The translations under genes were made by a program, and so were the position numbers. A stretch of 64,000 nt of DNA, taken from the NCBI GenBank assembly GCA_003152105.1, contig PLZJ01000002.1, positions 753,713 through 817,712 of the forward strand, in the 5' to 3' direction. This DNA comes from Candidatus Levyibacteriota bacterium (lineage in GTDB: Bacteria > Patescibacteriota > Microgenomatia > Levybacterales > UBA12049). The notes below the pieces were generated by a model, which worked only from the letters and a program-made list of their open reading frames with translations, was not told the origin of the DNA and searched no databases. This document shows, in pieces, positions 38,886-47,970 of this stretch. The first letter of the stretch is position 1. Each line of letters begins with the position of its first letter.

Positions 38886-40046
38886 ATGGATACTATTTTA
38901 TGCCCAAACTGTAATCAATCCATCGAAATCAGTCAAGCTATTCGCCATCACATCGAAGAAGAAGTAATTTCAGCTGAAAAAAATAAACACAAAATTGAGC
39001 TCGAACAACTAGATAGAAAAATTCGAGATGAAGAGAGAAAAAAACTTACAGAAGAAATTGATTTTAAATTAAAAGATAAAGAAAATCAGCTCGAAGAAAC
39101 AAAACTACAAAACAAAGCACTACGAGATCAATTACTCGATTTAAATAAAAGCATAAGACAGTTACAAGAATCGGAAGATAAAAGGGCTTTAGAAAATGAA
39201 AAGAGGCTTCAACAAGAGCGTTTAAACATTAAGCAAGAGGCCATGAAACAGGAAGAAGAAAAGTCTCAACTTGTAATATCAGAATTAAAAAAACAATTGG
39301 AAGATCAAAAAAAACTCTTAGTAGATGCACAAAGAAAAATGAATCAAGGCTCTCAACAATTACAAGGAGAAATTTTGGAGTTAGAACTAGAATCAAGATT
39401 ACGATCGACTTTTTTATATGATGAGATACTTCCTGTTCCTAAAGGAGTAGAAGGAGCTGATATCTTACACAAAGTATATTATAAACCAGAAGTATACAGC
39501 GGTTCTATTGTTTGGGAGCTAAAACGAACTAAAACATGGAACAAAGATTGGTTGGCAAAACTACGAGAAGACGCTAGAAAACTAGGCACATCTACTGCAG
39601 TTCTTGTTTCAGAAGTTTTACCTGATTCCATAACACATTTTGGGTTATTAGATAGAGTTTGGGTTTGTTCTTTTGAATATGCAATTCCACTTGCCTCAGT
39701 ACTTCGAGTAAACTTAGTACAAGTAACGCATGCAAAAGCTACAGCAGAAAATAAAGACAAAAAACTTGAGTCACTCTATACTTATTTAACAAATGATGTT
39801 TTTAGAGGAAGATTTGAGTCTCTTGTTGAAAGTATTGTGGAACTACAGGTTGATGCCGAAGCGGAAAAACGAGCACTTCAACGCTTATGGAAAAAGAAAG
39901 AAATTCAATTAAATAGATTAATTAATAATACGTCTTTTATGTATGGAGAATTACAGGGAATTTTAGGTTCTGCTTTGCCAACTATCAGAGGACTTGATAA
40001 TCCTCAAATCGAATCTGGTGATTATGATGAAAGCAAAACAGATTAA
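38886..40046 (+). CDS. DUF2130 domain coiled-coil protein
   Basis: ICPNC N-terminus, long coiled coil, GSQQLQGEILELELE..L...F..D.I.PV.KG..GAD, GSIVWE.KRTK.W. Confidence 0.9.
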   Translation: MDTILCPNCNQSIEISQAIRHHIEEEVISAEKNKHKIELEQLDRKIRDEERKKLTEEIDFKLKDKENQLEETKLQNKALRDQLLDLNKSIRQLQESEDKRALENEKRLQQERLNIKQEAMKQEEEKSQLVISELKKQLEDQKKLLVDAQRKMNQGSQQLQGEILELELESRLRSTFLYDEILPVPKGVEGADILHKVYYKPEVYSGSIVWELKRTKTWNKDWLAKLREDARKLGTSTAVLVSEVLPDSITHFGLLDRVWVCSFEYAIPLASVLRVNLVQVTHAKATAENKDKKLESLYTYLTNDVFRGRFESLVESIVELQVDAEAEKRALQRLWKKKEIQLNRLINNTSFMYGELQGILGSALPTIRGLDNPQIESGDYDESKTD

Positions 40047-40052
40047 CCAGTC

Positions 40053-40676
40053 ATGACACTGCCTACTTTTAATGAGGAACGTTCTCTTTGGAAAAAAGAC
40101 TATTCATTTATATCTGGAATTGATGAGGTAGGAAGAGGTAGTTTTGCTGGTCCTTTAGTTACGGCAGCAGTAATTTTCCCTAAAAATTATAACAATAGAC
40201 ACGGTATAAATGATTCAAAACTCCTTACGCCAAAACAAAGAGAAGAACAAAGTAATATTATCAAACAAGTAGCAATGTGTTTTTCTATTTCGACAATTTC
40301 AGTTTCCGTAATAAATAAAGTAGGGATAGAAAAAGCCACTCAAATGGGATTTAGGAAAAGTATAAAAGAACTTTCTGTAATGCCAGATTATGTATTAATA
40401 GATGCATTTAAAATAAAACAATTCGCAAACACAAAACAAAAAGCAATAATAAAAGGGGATAGAATCTCAGTTAGCATTGCAGCTGCTTCTATTATTGCAA
40501 AGGTATACAGAGATTCACTTATGAATACACTGCATGAAAAATTACCACAATATGATTTTCAAAACAATAAAGGATACGGAACAAACTTCCACAGGAAAGC
40601 TATATATGAATTAGGATTAACAAAATGGCATAGAACATCATTTAATTTAAGCAAGTATATAAATACTAAAGCTTAG
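40053..40676 (+). CDS. rnhB: Ribonuclease HII
   Basis: GIDEVGRG.FAGP, NDSKLL, LIDA, KGD...SIAAASIIAKV.RD, NKGYGT..H. Confidence 0.97.
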   Translation: MTLPTFNEERSLWKKDYSFISGIDEVGRGSFAGPLVTAAVIFPKNYNNRHGINDSKLLTPKQREEQSNIIKQVAMCFSISTISVSVINKVGIEKATQMGFRKSIKELSVMPDYVLIDAFKIKQFANTKQKAIIKGDRISVSIAAASIIAKVYRDSLMNTLHEKLPQYDFQNNKGYGTNFHRKAIYELGLTKWHRTSFNLSKYINTKA

Positions 40677-40698
40677 ATAATCTCATAATAGAGGAGTT

Positions 40699-41667
40699 TT
40701 ATAAAGCACTAAATGCTTTGTTTATCTTTATTGTTAAAGCGTGGATACTCTTTTCGTTATACATAGAATACGCAATTACCGATAACCCCATTTGTGTTAA
40801 GAGTTTTATTTTTTTGTTGAGTGTTTTTTCATCAATTAAATCAATCTTAGTTAAGACAATAATTTCTGGTTTAGTAAGGAGCAGTGGATTATAGTTTTCA
40901 AATTCAGATCTGACAATTTCATACGTTTGTTTAATGTTTTCATCAGTACTATCAATTAAGTGAAGTAATATTTTTGTTTTCTCAATATGCTTAAGAAACG
41001 TTATTCCTAAGCCTTTACCTTCCGAAGCACCTTCTATGAGTCCTGGTATATCAGCAATTGGGTATGTATTAAGCATCCCGATATTGGGTTCAAGTGTTGT
41101 AAAGGGATAATTACCAATTTTTGGAGTAGCATTTGTAAGAACTGAAAGCAAACTACTCTTGCCTGCATTTGGTAAACCTACCAAACCTATGTCTGCAATT
41201 AACTTTAATTCCAGTAGTAGATTTTTGGCTTCTCCTTTTGTACCTTCTTCTGAACTAAGTGGAGTTTGATTTGTAGCTGATTTAAAATAAGCATTTCCTT
41301 TTCCACCGATTCCTCCTTTAGCAAGTAAAACTTTATTATTACTATTTGTTATTTCGTATATATTTCCTGTATCAGTATCAGTAATAATCGTACCAAGTGG
41401 CACTAGTATTGTCATGTGATCTGCATTTTTTCCAAATAATTTAAATTTTTTCCCAGGAATACCGCTATTTGCAATTATCTTTTTTTTATATCTAAATTCT
41501 TTAAGATCAGTAATATTATTTGAGCCTTGAAAATAAATACTGCCTCCATTTCCACCATTTCCACCATCTGGTCCTCCTCTTGCAGTTTGACCGTTTCTTA
41601 AAAAAGTGGCGGCTCCATTTCCACCATCTCCTGCCTTAATATATAGTGTGACATTATCAACAAGCAT
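40699..41667 (-). CDS. obgE: GTPase Obg/CgtA (no C-terminal extension)
   Basis: Gly-rich Obg domain (AGDGGNG, GGPDGGNGGNGG), GLPNAGKS, YPFTTL.P, DIPGLIEGAS.G.GLG, TKID. Confidence 0.97.
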   Translation of the reverse strand: MLVDNVTLYIKAGDGGNGAATFLRNGQTARGGPDGGNGGNGGSIYFQGSNNITDLKEFRYKKKIIANSGIPGKKFKLFGKNADHMTILVPLGTIITDTDTGNIYEITNSNNKVLLAKGGIGGKGNAYFKSATNQTPLSSEEGTKGEAKNLLLELKLIADIGLVGLPNAGKSSLLSVLTNATPKIGNYPFTTLEPNIGMLNTYPIADIPGLIEGASEGKGLGITFLKHIEKTKILLHLIDSTDENIKQTYEIVRSEFENYNPLLLTKPEIIVLTKIDLIDEKTLNKKIKLLTQMGLSVIAYSMYNEKSIHALTIKINKAFSAL

Positions 41668-41740
41668 TGTTGCATTATAGTACAGATATGGTTTGTTAGA
41701 TAGTTTTTTGACATAAAGTAGCTAGAACCTGACTACTTTA

Positions 41741-41769
41741 TTGACAGAATAAAGTTTTACAATTACTAT
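41741..41769 (+). promoter_or_regulatory. Promoter of fabH
   Basis: TTGACA-17-TACTAT, 8 nt before ATG 41778. Confidence 0.65.
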
Positions 41770-41777
41770 GTCTGCAA

Positions 41778-42809
41778 ATGCCAAGAGAATTTGGTCCTGC
41801 AATTACTAGTATTGGGAAGGGATTACCCGAACATGCGTTTAGCAATCAACAAATAATTGATGATTTCGGCGTTGATAGTTCTGATGAATGGATAAGAACC
41901 AATGTCGGCATCAAGCAACGATATATTGCAGGCCCTGAACAAGCAACTTCTGATTTCGCAGTTGCTGCGGCAACAAATGCACTTGAACGTGCCCGTTTAA
42001 AAGCATCTGATATAGATCATGTTATCGTAGCTACTGCAACGCCCGATTATCTATTTCCTTCAACTGCAGTACTTGTACAAGATCGTTTAGGCGCAAATGC
42101 AGGCGCACATGATGTAATGGCCGCATGTACAGGAGGTATTTATGCACTTGCAGATATGTGTTCTATGCATGAAGCCGATTTAATCGAAATTAACAAGTCG
42201 CTAGTTATTGGAGCTGAAACTCTTACTAGGCATGTTAATTGGGAAGATAGGGGAACTGCAGTTTTATTTGGCGATGGAGCAGGTGCAGTAGTTATTGAAA
42301 ATATTCCAAATCCTGGACTTATGAAATTTGTTCTTGGTGCTGATGGGTCACAAGCGAAAAGTTTATATATACCCTCAGGTGGAAGTCGGAATCCTATTAC
42401 AGAACAAGTACTAGAAGAAGGTAATGATGCAATTATTATGAATGGGCCAAAAACATTTAAACATGCTGTTAACCGAATGAGTGAAGCGGCTGAAGAAGTA
42501 ATGCAAAAAGCACATTTAACAGATGCGTTAGGAAATATTGATACAAGACATATAGATCATGTTATCCCACATCAAGCAAATGTTAGAATTATGAATGCAG
42601 TATGGAATCGTTTTGGTCTGCCAGTCGAAAAAAGAGTATCGAAAATTGAAAAATATGGAAACACATCTGCTGCTTCTATTTTTATAGCAATGAATGATGC
42701 ATATGAAGATGGGACCATAAAAAAAGATGACGTATTACTACTTGTGGCATTTGGCGCTGGTTTTACGTATGGAGCAGCTGTTTTACAATGGCAATTAGAA
42801 AATAAATAG
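41778..42809 (+). CDS. fabH: Beta-ketoacyl-ACP synthase III
   Basis: Intact Cys-His-Asn triad: AACTG, PHQAN.RI, GNTSAAS; DR.TAVLFGDGAGA; AFGAGFTYG. Confidence 0.95.
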   Translation: MPREFGPAITSIGKGLPEHAFSNQQIIDDFGVDSSDEWIRTNVGIKQRYIAGPEQATSDFAVAAATNALERARLKASDIDHVIVATATPDYLFPSTAVLVQDRLGANAGAHDVMAACTGGIYALADMCSMHEADLIEINKSLVIGAETLTRHVNWEDRGTAVLFGDGAGAVVIENIPNPGLMKFVLGADGSQAKSLYIPSGGSRNPITEQVLEEGNDAIIMNGPKTFKHAVNRMSEAAEEVMQKAHLTDALGNIDTRHIDHVIPHQANVRIMNAVWNRFGLPVEKRVSKIEKYGNTSAASIFIAMNDAYEDGTIKKDDVLLLVAFGAGFTYGAAVLQWQLENK

Positions 42810-42818
42810 TGCTATTTA

Positions 42819-43676
42819 TTACGAAACAAATATATCTTTATTTGCTTGTCTTTTTCCGACAAGTTGCATCCAGTCTCTTGGAAATGATTCTAGTTTTCCT
42901 GCCTTTTTCAATTTAACAAACATTTCATGTGCCGATTCTCTTAATACTTTTCTCGCCACTTCAACTGGAACTCCCGGCAATGTTCCTCCTGCAAAATCAG
43001 CATAATCACAAATTGCATCTACGTCACCCTCGTTCATTTCCACAGCTACTGTTTCTGCTGCAACATCAGTAATTCCTTTTGCTCTTGCAATTCCTACATA
43101 CTCTTCTTGCGTATGTTTAAAATAATTAAGAGGCTTTCCAGGAGAGTATCCCAAAGCTTGTGCTTTTTGTTTACCTAGAACCGCAAGTTCTCCCCATACT
43201 CGTGCTCTATTTCTTGGTGTATTTATATATCCACAACTTATGACAATTACTCCATCAGGACGTAATACACGAGCTGTTTCTTCAAATGCTTCTTCCACAT
43301 CGGTTAAGTGAATACTATTTGCAAAAACGACTACATCAAATTTACCGTCTTCTGCTGGAATTTCTTCAGCTTTACCAACTGCGAATGTTACCTCAGGACG
43401 AAAAGCAAATTTACGCCTTGTTGAAGCAATTGCACTTTCATCTGGATCTACTTCAAGAATTGTCCCACCTGCCAATACTTTATCCTCCTCTAGCAAGAGT
43501 TCAGTCATTGCTCCTTTTCCAGATCCAAGATCTAGTATATGTAGCGCTTGAGGAGCAAGTTGAATAGTCTGTCGATTAATTTCTCTATAAAAACGACGTC
43601 TAGTAAATCGCTCATAAGTATGATCAAAATCAGTAGGAACAGGTGGTGGTGTTTGATGTGTTTGTTCTGGGCTCAT
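42819..43676 (-). CDS. Class I SAM-dependent methyltransferase
   Basis: Motif I ILDLGSGKG, VD, AEEIP..DGKFDVV, ARVLRPDG; own promoter TTGACT-17-TATTAT (43720-43692). Confidence 0.9.
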   Translation of the reverse strand: MSPEQTHQTPPPVPTDFDHTYERFTRRRFYREINRQTIQLAPQALHILDLGSGKGAMTELLLEEDKVLAGGTILEVDPDESAIASTRRKFAFRPEVTFAVGKAEEIPAEDGKFDVVVFANSIHLTDVEEAFEETARVLRPDGVIVISCGYINTPRNRARVWGELAVLGKQKAQALGYSPGKPLNYFKHTQEEYVGIARAKGITDVAAETVAVEMNEGDVDAICDYADFAGGTLPGVPVEVARKVLRESAHEMFVKLKKAGKLESFPRDWMQLVGKRQANKDIFVS

Positions 43677-43797
43677 AATTAATTTAGACTGATAATAGTA
43701 GCTTTATCAATGGAAGTCAACAACTATTCCTTGAAAGATCTTGCAAAATAAAATAAAAACTGCTATTGTCTCAAAAGATTAGATCAACTCAACAATA

Positions 43798-45324
43798 ATG
43801 AATAAATCTGCAGAATATCTTGAAGCAAGAGCAGAAACATTGGGTGCACATCTTCATAAAGAACCTTCAAGTGGCGTTTCGATTACTGGATATGCTGCAT
43901 TAACTCCACTTGGTGACACGCAGGAAACTTTTGAAGGAATGTTAAATGGGCAGTCAGGTGTGGTTGAATTTGATGCAAATAATTTTGCGGTAAATGTAGC
44001 AGCACCTGTAAAACATTTCGACCCACTAGAACATTTTGATAGACGCGCACTCCGAGGTGTATCGTACGTTACTGCAATGGCTGATGTATTAACACAAAGA
44101 GCTGCCTTAGATGCTGGACTTATTCAGAGCACAAATGAAATGTTGGGCGACGAATTACCAAGTGGACAGAAACAAGATAGACATAAAATAGGAAGCTCAA
44201 TTGGAAGTGGCATTGGTCCAACCCCTAATATATTACGTATTTATCAACAATTATATAAAGATGTTGAAGGATTGGAAAGTAAATTAAGGCAAACAATTAA
44301 TCCTGAAGAAAGAAGTGAATTAGAAGGTGAAATAAAAGCAAAAATTAGAAAAAACTCTGAAAGAGTAGGACCATTGTGGGGACTGGAAATGTTCCCTGAA
44401 GAAGTAAATTCAGATCCATCTATGAAACTTGGTTATTCTGGACCAGGTATTAGCGATACTGCAGCATGTGCGACTGGACTTTCAAATGCAGTCGAATCTG
44501 TTCGAAAAATAAAAGAAGGTGAAAGTGAAAAAGATTTTGGTGGAGGTGTAGAAGCTATCTTAACTGATCCAAATAATATTCATATTGGTGACATTGGAAT
44601 TGCGTCATTTGCAGCACTTCGCCTTGTGCTTTCTACAGAATATTTTAATATTTTAAAGAAAACAATAACTAGTCCTGAAGAATCTAGCCGGCCTTATGAT
44701 CGAAATAGAGATGGATTTGTTCTGGGCGAAGGTGGAGCAGTTGTTTTATTTGAAAGATCTGATTTAGCAGCAGCAAGAGGAGCAAACGTACATGCAGAAG
44801 TTGTCGGATACAGTAAATCACTGGATGGTAAAGGTCAAACAGATTTGGATGTTGATAATGTTGCAAGAACTATTCTTGAAGCGTGCGAAAACCGTTGGAC
44901 TTATGAAATAGAAGTTCCTGATGTTATATTTGCCCATGCAACAGCTACAAAATCTGGCGACAGAGCAGAGGCAAAAGCATTGTATAAAGCATTTGGAAAG
45001 TTACTGCAAGACATTCCCATTACTGCAAATAAAAGTAATATCGGTCATTTAGCTGGAGGAGCGGGAAGTGTAAATCTAGCAATGGCGATAGAAGCACTTC
45101 GCCAACAACAAATTCCTCATATTTTAAATTTAGTTAATCCTAGATTAAATTTAGAAAATCCGGAAGAAGAAGATGATGAAGAAATAAACCATGTCGTTTT
45201 TGTTAGAAATGAGCCGCTTAAAGGAAACTTTCAAAAAGCACTTATACTTGGGTATGGTTTCGGGGGAAATAATGCTGCAATGTTGATTAGAAGACCAAAG
45301 CTTCATAACTTACTAGTTTATTAG
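43798..45324 (+). CDS. fabF: Beta-ketoacyl-ACP synthase II-like ketosynthase with insertions
   Basis: ITG....TPLG, TAACATG (Cys), SRPYDRNRDGFVLGEG, AHATAT (His), NKSNIGH (Lys/His), GFGGNN; promoter TTGCAA-17-TATTGT. Confidence 0.88.
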   Translation: MNKSAEYLEARAETLGAHLHKEPSSGVSITGYAALTPLGDTQETFEGMLNGQSGVVEFDANNFAVNVAAPVKHFDPLEHFDRRALRGVSYVTAMADVLTQRAALDAGLIQSTNEMLGDELPSGQKQDRHKIGSSIGSGIGPTPNILRIYQQLYKDVEGLESKLRQTINPEERSELEGEIKAKIRKNSERVGPLWGLEMFPEEVNSDPSMKLGYSGPGISDTAACATGLSNAVESVRKIKEGESEKDFGGGVEAILTDPNNIHIGDIGIASFAALRLVLSTEYFNILKKTITSPEESSRPYDRNRDGFVLGEGGAVVLFERSDLAAARGANVHAEVVGYSKSLDGKGQTDLDVDNVARTILEACENRWTYEIEVPDVIFAHATATKSGDRAEAKALYKAFGKLLQDIPITANKSNIGHLAGGAGSVNLAMAIEALRQQQIPHILNLVNPRLNLENPEEEDDEEINHVVFVRNEPLKGNFQKALILGYGFGGNNAAMLIRRPKLHNLLVY

Positions 45325-46971
45325 CTTAGGAATAATTGATCGCTTTACTACAGTCGCTTGCAAATCTTTTATGCCTCCGATAATTGTTCCTTCAGAAGAA
45401 ATAACGATATTACTACCAAATGTGCGTTTATCTAATTGAACAGTTTCTGCGTCATAACAAATTCCATCTCCAGCTCTGACTGTATGATTATCAAAAAAAT
45501 CTGTTTCCCCAATTCTTAAAAATAATGGCATTACATTTGTATCAATTTTTTCAAGATGAACAATGCCAGCTGCTTGGGCAGCACCTTCTATCAACTGATC
45601 TTCAAGTAAAGCAACAACTTCATCATTAGTAACTTGCTTAACCTTTAATCCTTTAATGCTCGCAGTAATTTTATTGTCATGTTCTCGAATTATAGAAACA
45701 TTATATGTGCCATCATCACAGAGCTGCGGTTCAACCCGCAATACTGTTTTTCCATCAGCAGATACAATTTCTTTAAACTCAACTTCTCTAAAGCCTACTA
45801 ACTTAAGATTTCCATCTCCTAATCCTAAATGAGATGAAATTAAGCCAATTGTTTCAATTGCTGCTCTAATTTGTTTGTGTCCTGGAAGTATTTTTGGCAA
45901 TCCACTTTCTGGAGCAAAATGCCCTTCTGCTAATAACTGATCAACATGAACGACACCATAATATGCGCTAGGATCGCCTTCTTTTTGTTTTACCGTTGTC
46001 ACAAGTTGCTGATCATTTTCTCTTGTGACTTGATTTTTTGTTGCTATTGCTCTTCCAATTCCAGATTTTCTATCTTCATCTTGATTATTTCTTTCCATAG
46101 TTTGTACGTAAACCTGTTGTGTTCCATACCACTGCTCAAGCATTGTTTGCGCATCTTCGATATCATTAAAAAATTCAGTATAACCGCTTGGAACTGATGG
46201 ATTTTTTAATAAAGCGATAACTTTTTCTCCTACCTCTGATGTTGGTACAGTTCTTGGGAGTCCAAGTTTATCCGATATAACATTATGCATATCCTCCGCA
46301 GAATACTGACCATTTGACTCTCTTTTTGCTGCTATATTAAATACCATAACATTTGCAGTATCTGGTACGATTGGTGGCGTTACTTCTAAAAATCGTATAC
46401 CCCGCTCTGCCATTTCTGCTTGTCGCTTATGAAGTGATTGTAAATCTTCATATTTGTGTCTGGCAACATTGTCGTATTGTGAAACTATTGATATGGCACC
46501 TCTGAGTTGTGGGTCAAAATGACCTGGCACACTTTGCAATCTAATGATTACACCTCCGTCATTCATGATAGGCAAAAATTGAGTTACTAAATCATTTGAA
46601 GCGTCACTGTTTAGCGCTTGAGTTGATCCAGATGTTACAAGAACTACATAATCTACTTTACCATTAAGCTTTTCTGCTGCTTCTTGAAATAACTGCTTTC
46701 TCCCTTCAGAAGTCGACATATCAGCAGATAAACCATAAGCTGTACCATTATTTTCTGAAACATCATGCAGCACCGTATTTGCCCGCTTTTGCTTATCTCT
46801 AAATGAAAATGCTACCGTTACTTTTTCAGCTGCCAATGCTTTAACGATTGCAGCTCCAATATCTCGATTACCACCAGATACAAAAGCGGTCTTGTCAACT
46901 AAAGAAAGTTCACGATTTATCTGCCTGTCTTGTATTATTTGATCTAATGTTACTGCTTGTTCTGGACTCAT
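45313..46971 (-). CDS. Fusion of an enoyl-reductase-like SDR and a FabZ/FabA-like double hot-dog dehydratase
   Basis: N-half Rossmann VSGGNRDIG with Y-x6-K (YDNVARHK); C-half GHFAPESGLPKILPG and LIEGAAQAAG hot-dog motifs. Confidence 0.75.
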   Translation of the reverse strand: MSPEQAVTLDQIIQDRQINRELSLVDKTAFVSGGNRDIGAAIVKALAAEKVTVAFSFRDKQKRANTVLHDVSENNGTAYGLSADMSTSEGRKQLFQEAAEKLNGKVDYVVLVTSGSTQALNSDASNDLVTQFLPIMNDGGVIIRLQSVPGHFDPQLRGAISIVSQYDNVARHKYEDLQSLHKRQAEMAERGIRFLEVTPPIVPDTANVMVFNIAAKRESNGQYSAEDMHNVISDKLGLPRTVPTSEVGEKVIALLKNPSVPSGYTEFFNDIEDAQTMLEQWYGTQQVYVQTMERNNQDEDRKSGIGRAIATKNQVTRENDQQLVTTVKQKEGDPSAYYGVVHVDQLLAEGHFAPESGLPKILPGHKQIRAAIETIGLISSHLGLGDGNLKLVGFREVEFKEIVSADGKTVLRVEPQLCDDGTYNVSIIREHDNKITASIKGLKVKQVTNDEVVALLEDQLIEGAAQAAGIVHLEKIDTNVMPLFLRIGETDFFDNHTVRAGDGICYDAETVQLDKRTFGSNIVISSEGTIIGGIKDLQATVVKRSIIPKLIN

Positions 46972-46975
46972 ATTG

Positions 46976-47872
46976 CTATTTAATAAGCGTCATCGCTTGA
47001 ACAACTTCAGGTTCTCTATGCGTTACTAAATATACTATCGCTCTCGCTGCATCTTCTGGAGTAAGATCATCGGAAGAGTTAAGAGAATCTCTTAAAAATG
47101 TTCTTTGCTCATCAGTTAAATCAGCTGTCAATGGAGTATCTACTAATGCAGGTCTTAGTATGCTTGTATAAATATCTCGTTTTACGTTTAACTCCGATGC
47201 AGTTCCAATTGCTATCGCTTCCATGGCACTTTTTGAAGCACTATAATTTGTTTGTCCAGGCAACATTGCATGTTTTCCAATGCTGGAAACGTAAACAATG
47301 TCTCCTCCTTTTGGATCTCTATTTCTAACCATTTTTTTGACTGCTGCTCGAGTTACAAAAAAAGCACTATCGACATTTGTACGCATCACATCATACCATT
47401 GATTCGTTTTCATTGTTAATATAAGGTTATCTTGTTTTGTGCCAACATTATTTACAACAACATCAATTCGTCCAAAAACATCAACTACTCCATTTATTAA
47501 TGCCTCTGCTCCTTCTTCTGTAGTAACATCAGCCGGAATAAAAACAGCATCCGCTCCGTCTCCAATCGCTTTTATTTCTTGAGCAGATAATTCACCCACT
47601 TCTTGCCTTTGAGGTCTGCCATTAATTACTACTTTCATACCCATTTCACCAAATAGCCGTGCGGTAGCAAAACCAATTCCTTGCGTAGAACCAGAAATAA
47701 CAGCCACTTTTCCAGCTAGTTTTTCTCGATCAACTGGAGGAAGCATATCAGGAGAGATACTGTTACCAAGTACACTTGAGATATTTTCTGGCGCAAGACT
47801 TATATTTATTTTCTGCGTAAGTGCTACATTACTTTGATTAGAGGATGATTCACGATCTTGTTCTGAGGTCAT
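46976..47872 (-). CDS. fabG: 3-oxoacyl-ACP reductase (FabG-like SDR) with N-terminal extension
   Basis: SGSTQGIG, FGRIDVVVNNVG...DNL...M....W..V..TN, VSS, PGQTNYSASK; promoter TTGACT-17-TATCAT (47916-47888). Confidence 0.85.
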   Translation of the reverse strand: MTSEQDRESSSNQSNVALTQKINISLAPENISSVLGNSISPDMLPPVDREKLAGKVAVISGSTQGIGFATARLFGEMGMKVVINGRPQRQEVGELSAQEIKAIGDGADAVFIPADVTTEEGAEALINGVVDVFGRIDVVVNNVGTKQDNLILTMKTNQWYDVMRTNVDSAFFVTRAAVKKMVRNRDPKGGDIVYVSSIGKHAMLPGQTNYSASKSAMEAIAIGTASELNVKRDIYTSILRPALVDTPLTADLTDEQRTFLRDSLNSSDDLTPEDAARAIVYLVTHREPEVVQAMTLIK

Positions 47873-47970
47873 ATATTAGTTTTGAAAATGATACTACTGA
47901 GTAATAGTTGAGTCAATATGTAGTTTTATAAAAAATTGACAAGCTATTTTCAATGTGCAATAACTTATAT

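Noticed and set aside
41668-47970. Hidden acyl carrier protein gene in the FAS-cluster gaps
   Set aside because: The gaps are too short and occupied by promoters; I saw no small acidic ORF with a DSL-type motif.
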